A DNA stretch of 64,000 nucleotides, from contig OX597818.1 in assembly GCA_951406725.2 (NCBI GenBank), positions 131,750,001 through 131,814,000 of the forward strand. The letters are read 5' to 3'. The position numbers were made by a program, and so were the translations under genes. The stretch is from Octopus vulgaris. Its lineage: Eukaryota. A model generated the notes under the pieces. It saw nothing but the letters and a program-made list of their open reading frames with translations, did no database searches and was not told where the DNA came from. Below are positions 63,093-64,000 of this stretch, piece after piece (position 1 is the first letter of the stretch; each line of letters starts with the position of its first letter).

Positions 63093-64000
63093 TCTAATAT
63101 ATTTACTGAACTCCAAAGAAATAAAAGATAAACTCTATTCTGGCAAGATTTGAACTCAATGTACAGGACGCAACTAAATCCATACAGCATTAAGCTACCA
63201 ACTTATTGCCCAATTCAATGTTACTGAAAGTCTCTAGCCCTTAATTACTGCTTTAATTTATTTCATAAAGATACGTCACCTTTTGATAATCCTATTGCAC
63301 TCCAACCAAAACAAAAGCTTCAAACGCTAACATCTCTTGTAGCTTATTACTCATATAAAAATATAGATAATACAGATATGGTTCATGATGTTTTCTCAAT
63401 ATCTATGTATATATTTCTAACACTACACATGTCTAACCCTTCAAATAAATAAAAGAAAAATTATTTTTTCTTCAGGTTTAACACATATTTTTCATGAATG
63501 ATCAAATAAAACTAAAATCAAAAACATAAAGGCTACTCTCCATAAATCTGAGATGCTACCATGTACAAGCTACCTTTATATTAAATGATCACATGTTTCC
63601 CTAGAATGATTATAGCGCTAAAGTGAATAATGTTGATGTAGTTGATATTCAAATACTATTGTTTTGTCATCACTGGAAAGGTTTCTTGTAGAAAAACAAA
63701 CCCACTAAAACTCACTATATTTCGAGTGATGTACTATTCAACTAAGAACTAACTTCAAGAATTGGCCTGCAGAGTAAAAATATCCACCACCAGACCATAA
63801 AATTCACAGAGAAATACTGTAATAGGTGTTTGTAATCTTGTATGTAGCATTTTGCCTATGTTTCTCTCTCAGAGACTGGCATAATCAGGTTTCCTTCTAA
63901 ATAAGTAGAACAGAAAATCACTGAATATGCATAATATTTGACTGAAAGCAGCTATTTTAGTAACATTGATGATTGAGATTGAATGGAAGGAAATATTGCC

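Overview
This is eukaryotic, very AT-rich non-coding DNA, almost certainly from an octopus (coleoid cephalopod) genome. I infer that from the SINE families, the RTE/CR1 LINE types and the dense (TA)n/(CA)n microsatellites. No intact host protein-coding gene, rRNA, true tRNA or CRISPR is visible, and essentially every listed ORF is a microsatellite artefact or a decayed transposon fragment. The window holds decayed RTE and CR1-clade LINEs, several tRNA-derived SINE families, Tc1/mariner relics, TTAA-flanked piggyBac-type MITEs, hAT-type MITEs, a non-autonomous Helitron and fold-back elements. Much of 30-39, 44-48 and 54-57 kb is comparatively repeat-poor. The most interesting signal is a family of short elements sitting in (TA)n tracts, with inverted arms and hammerhead-ribozyme motifs whose helices complement each other across copies (Penelope-like or retrozyme-like; 7.6, 16.7 and 49.0 kb). 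Next are a 470-bp unit with terminal direct repeats, one SINE head joined to three different 3' modules (two of which match LINE 3' ends in this window), and MITE insertions at an apparently homologous TTAA. All alignments and folds were done by eye; no searches were run.
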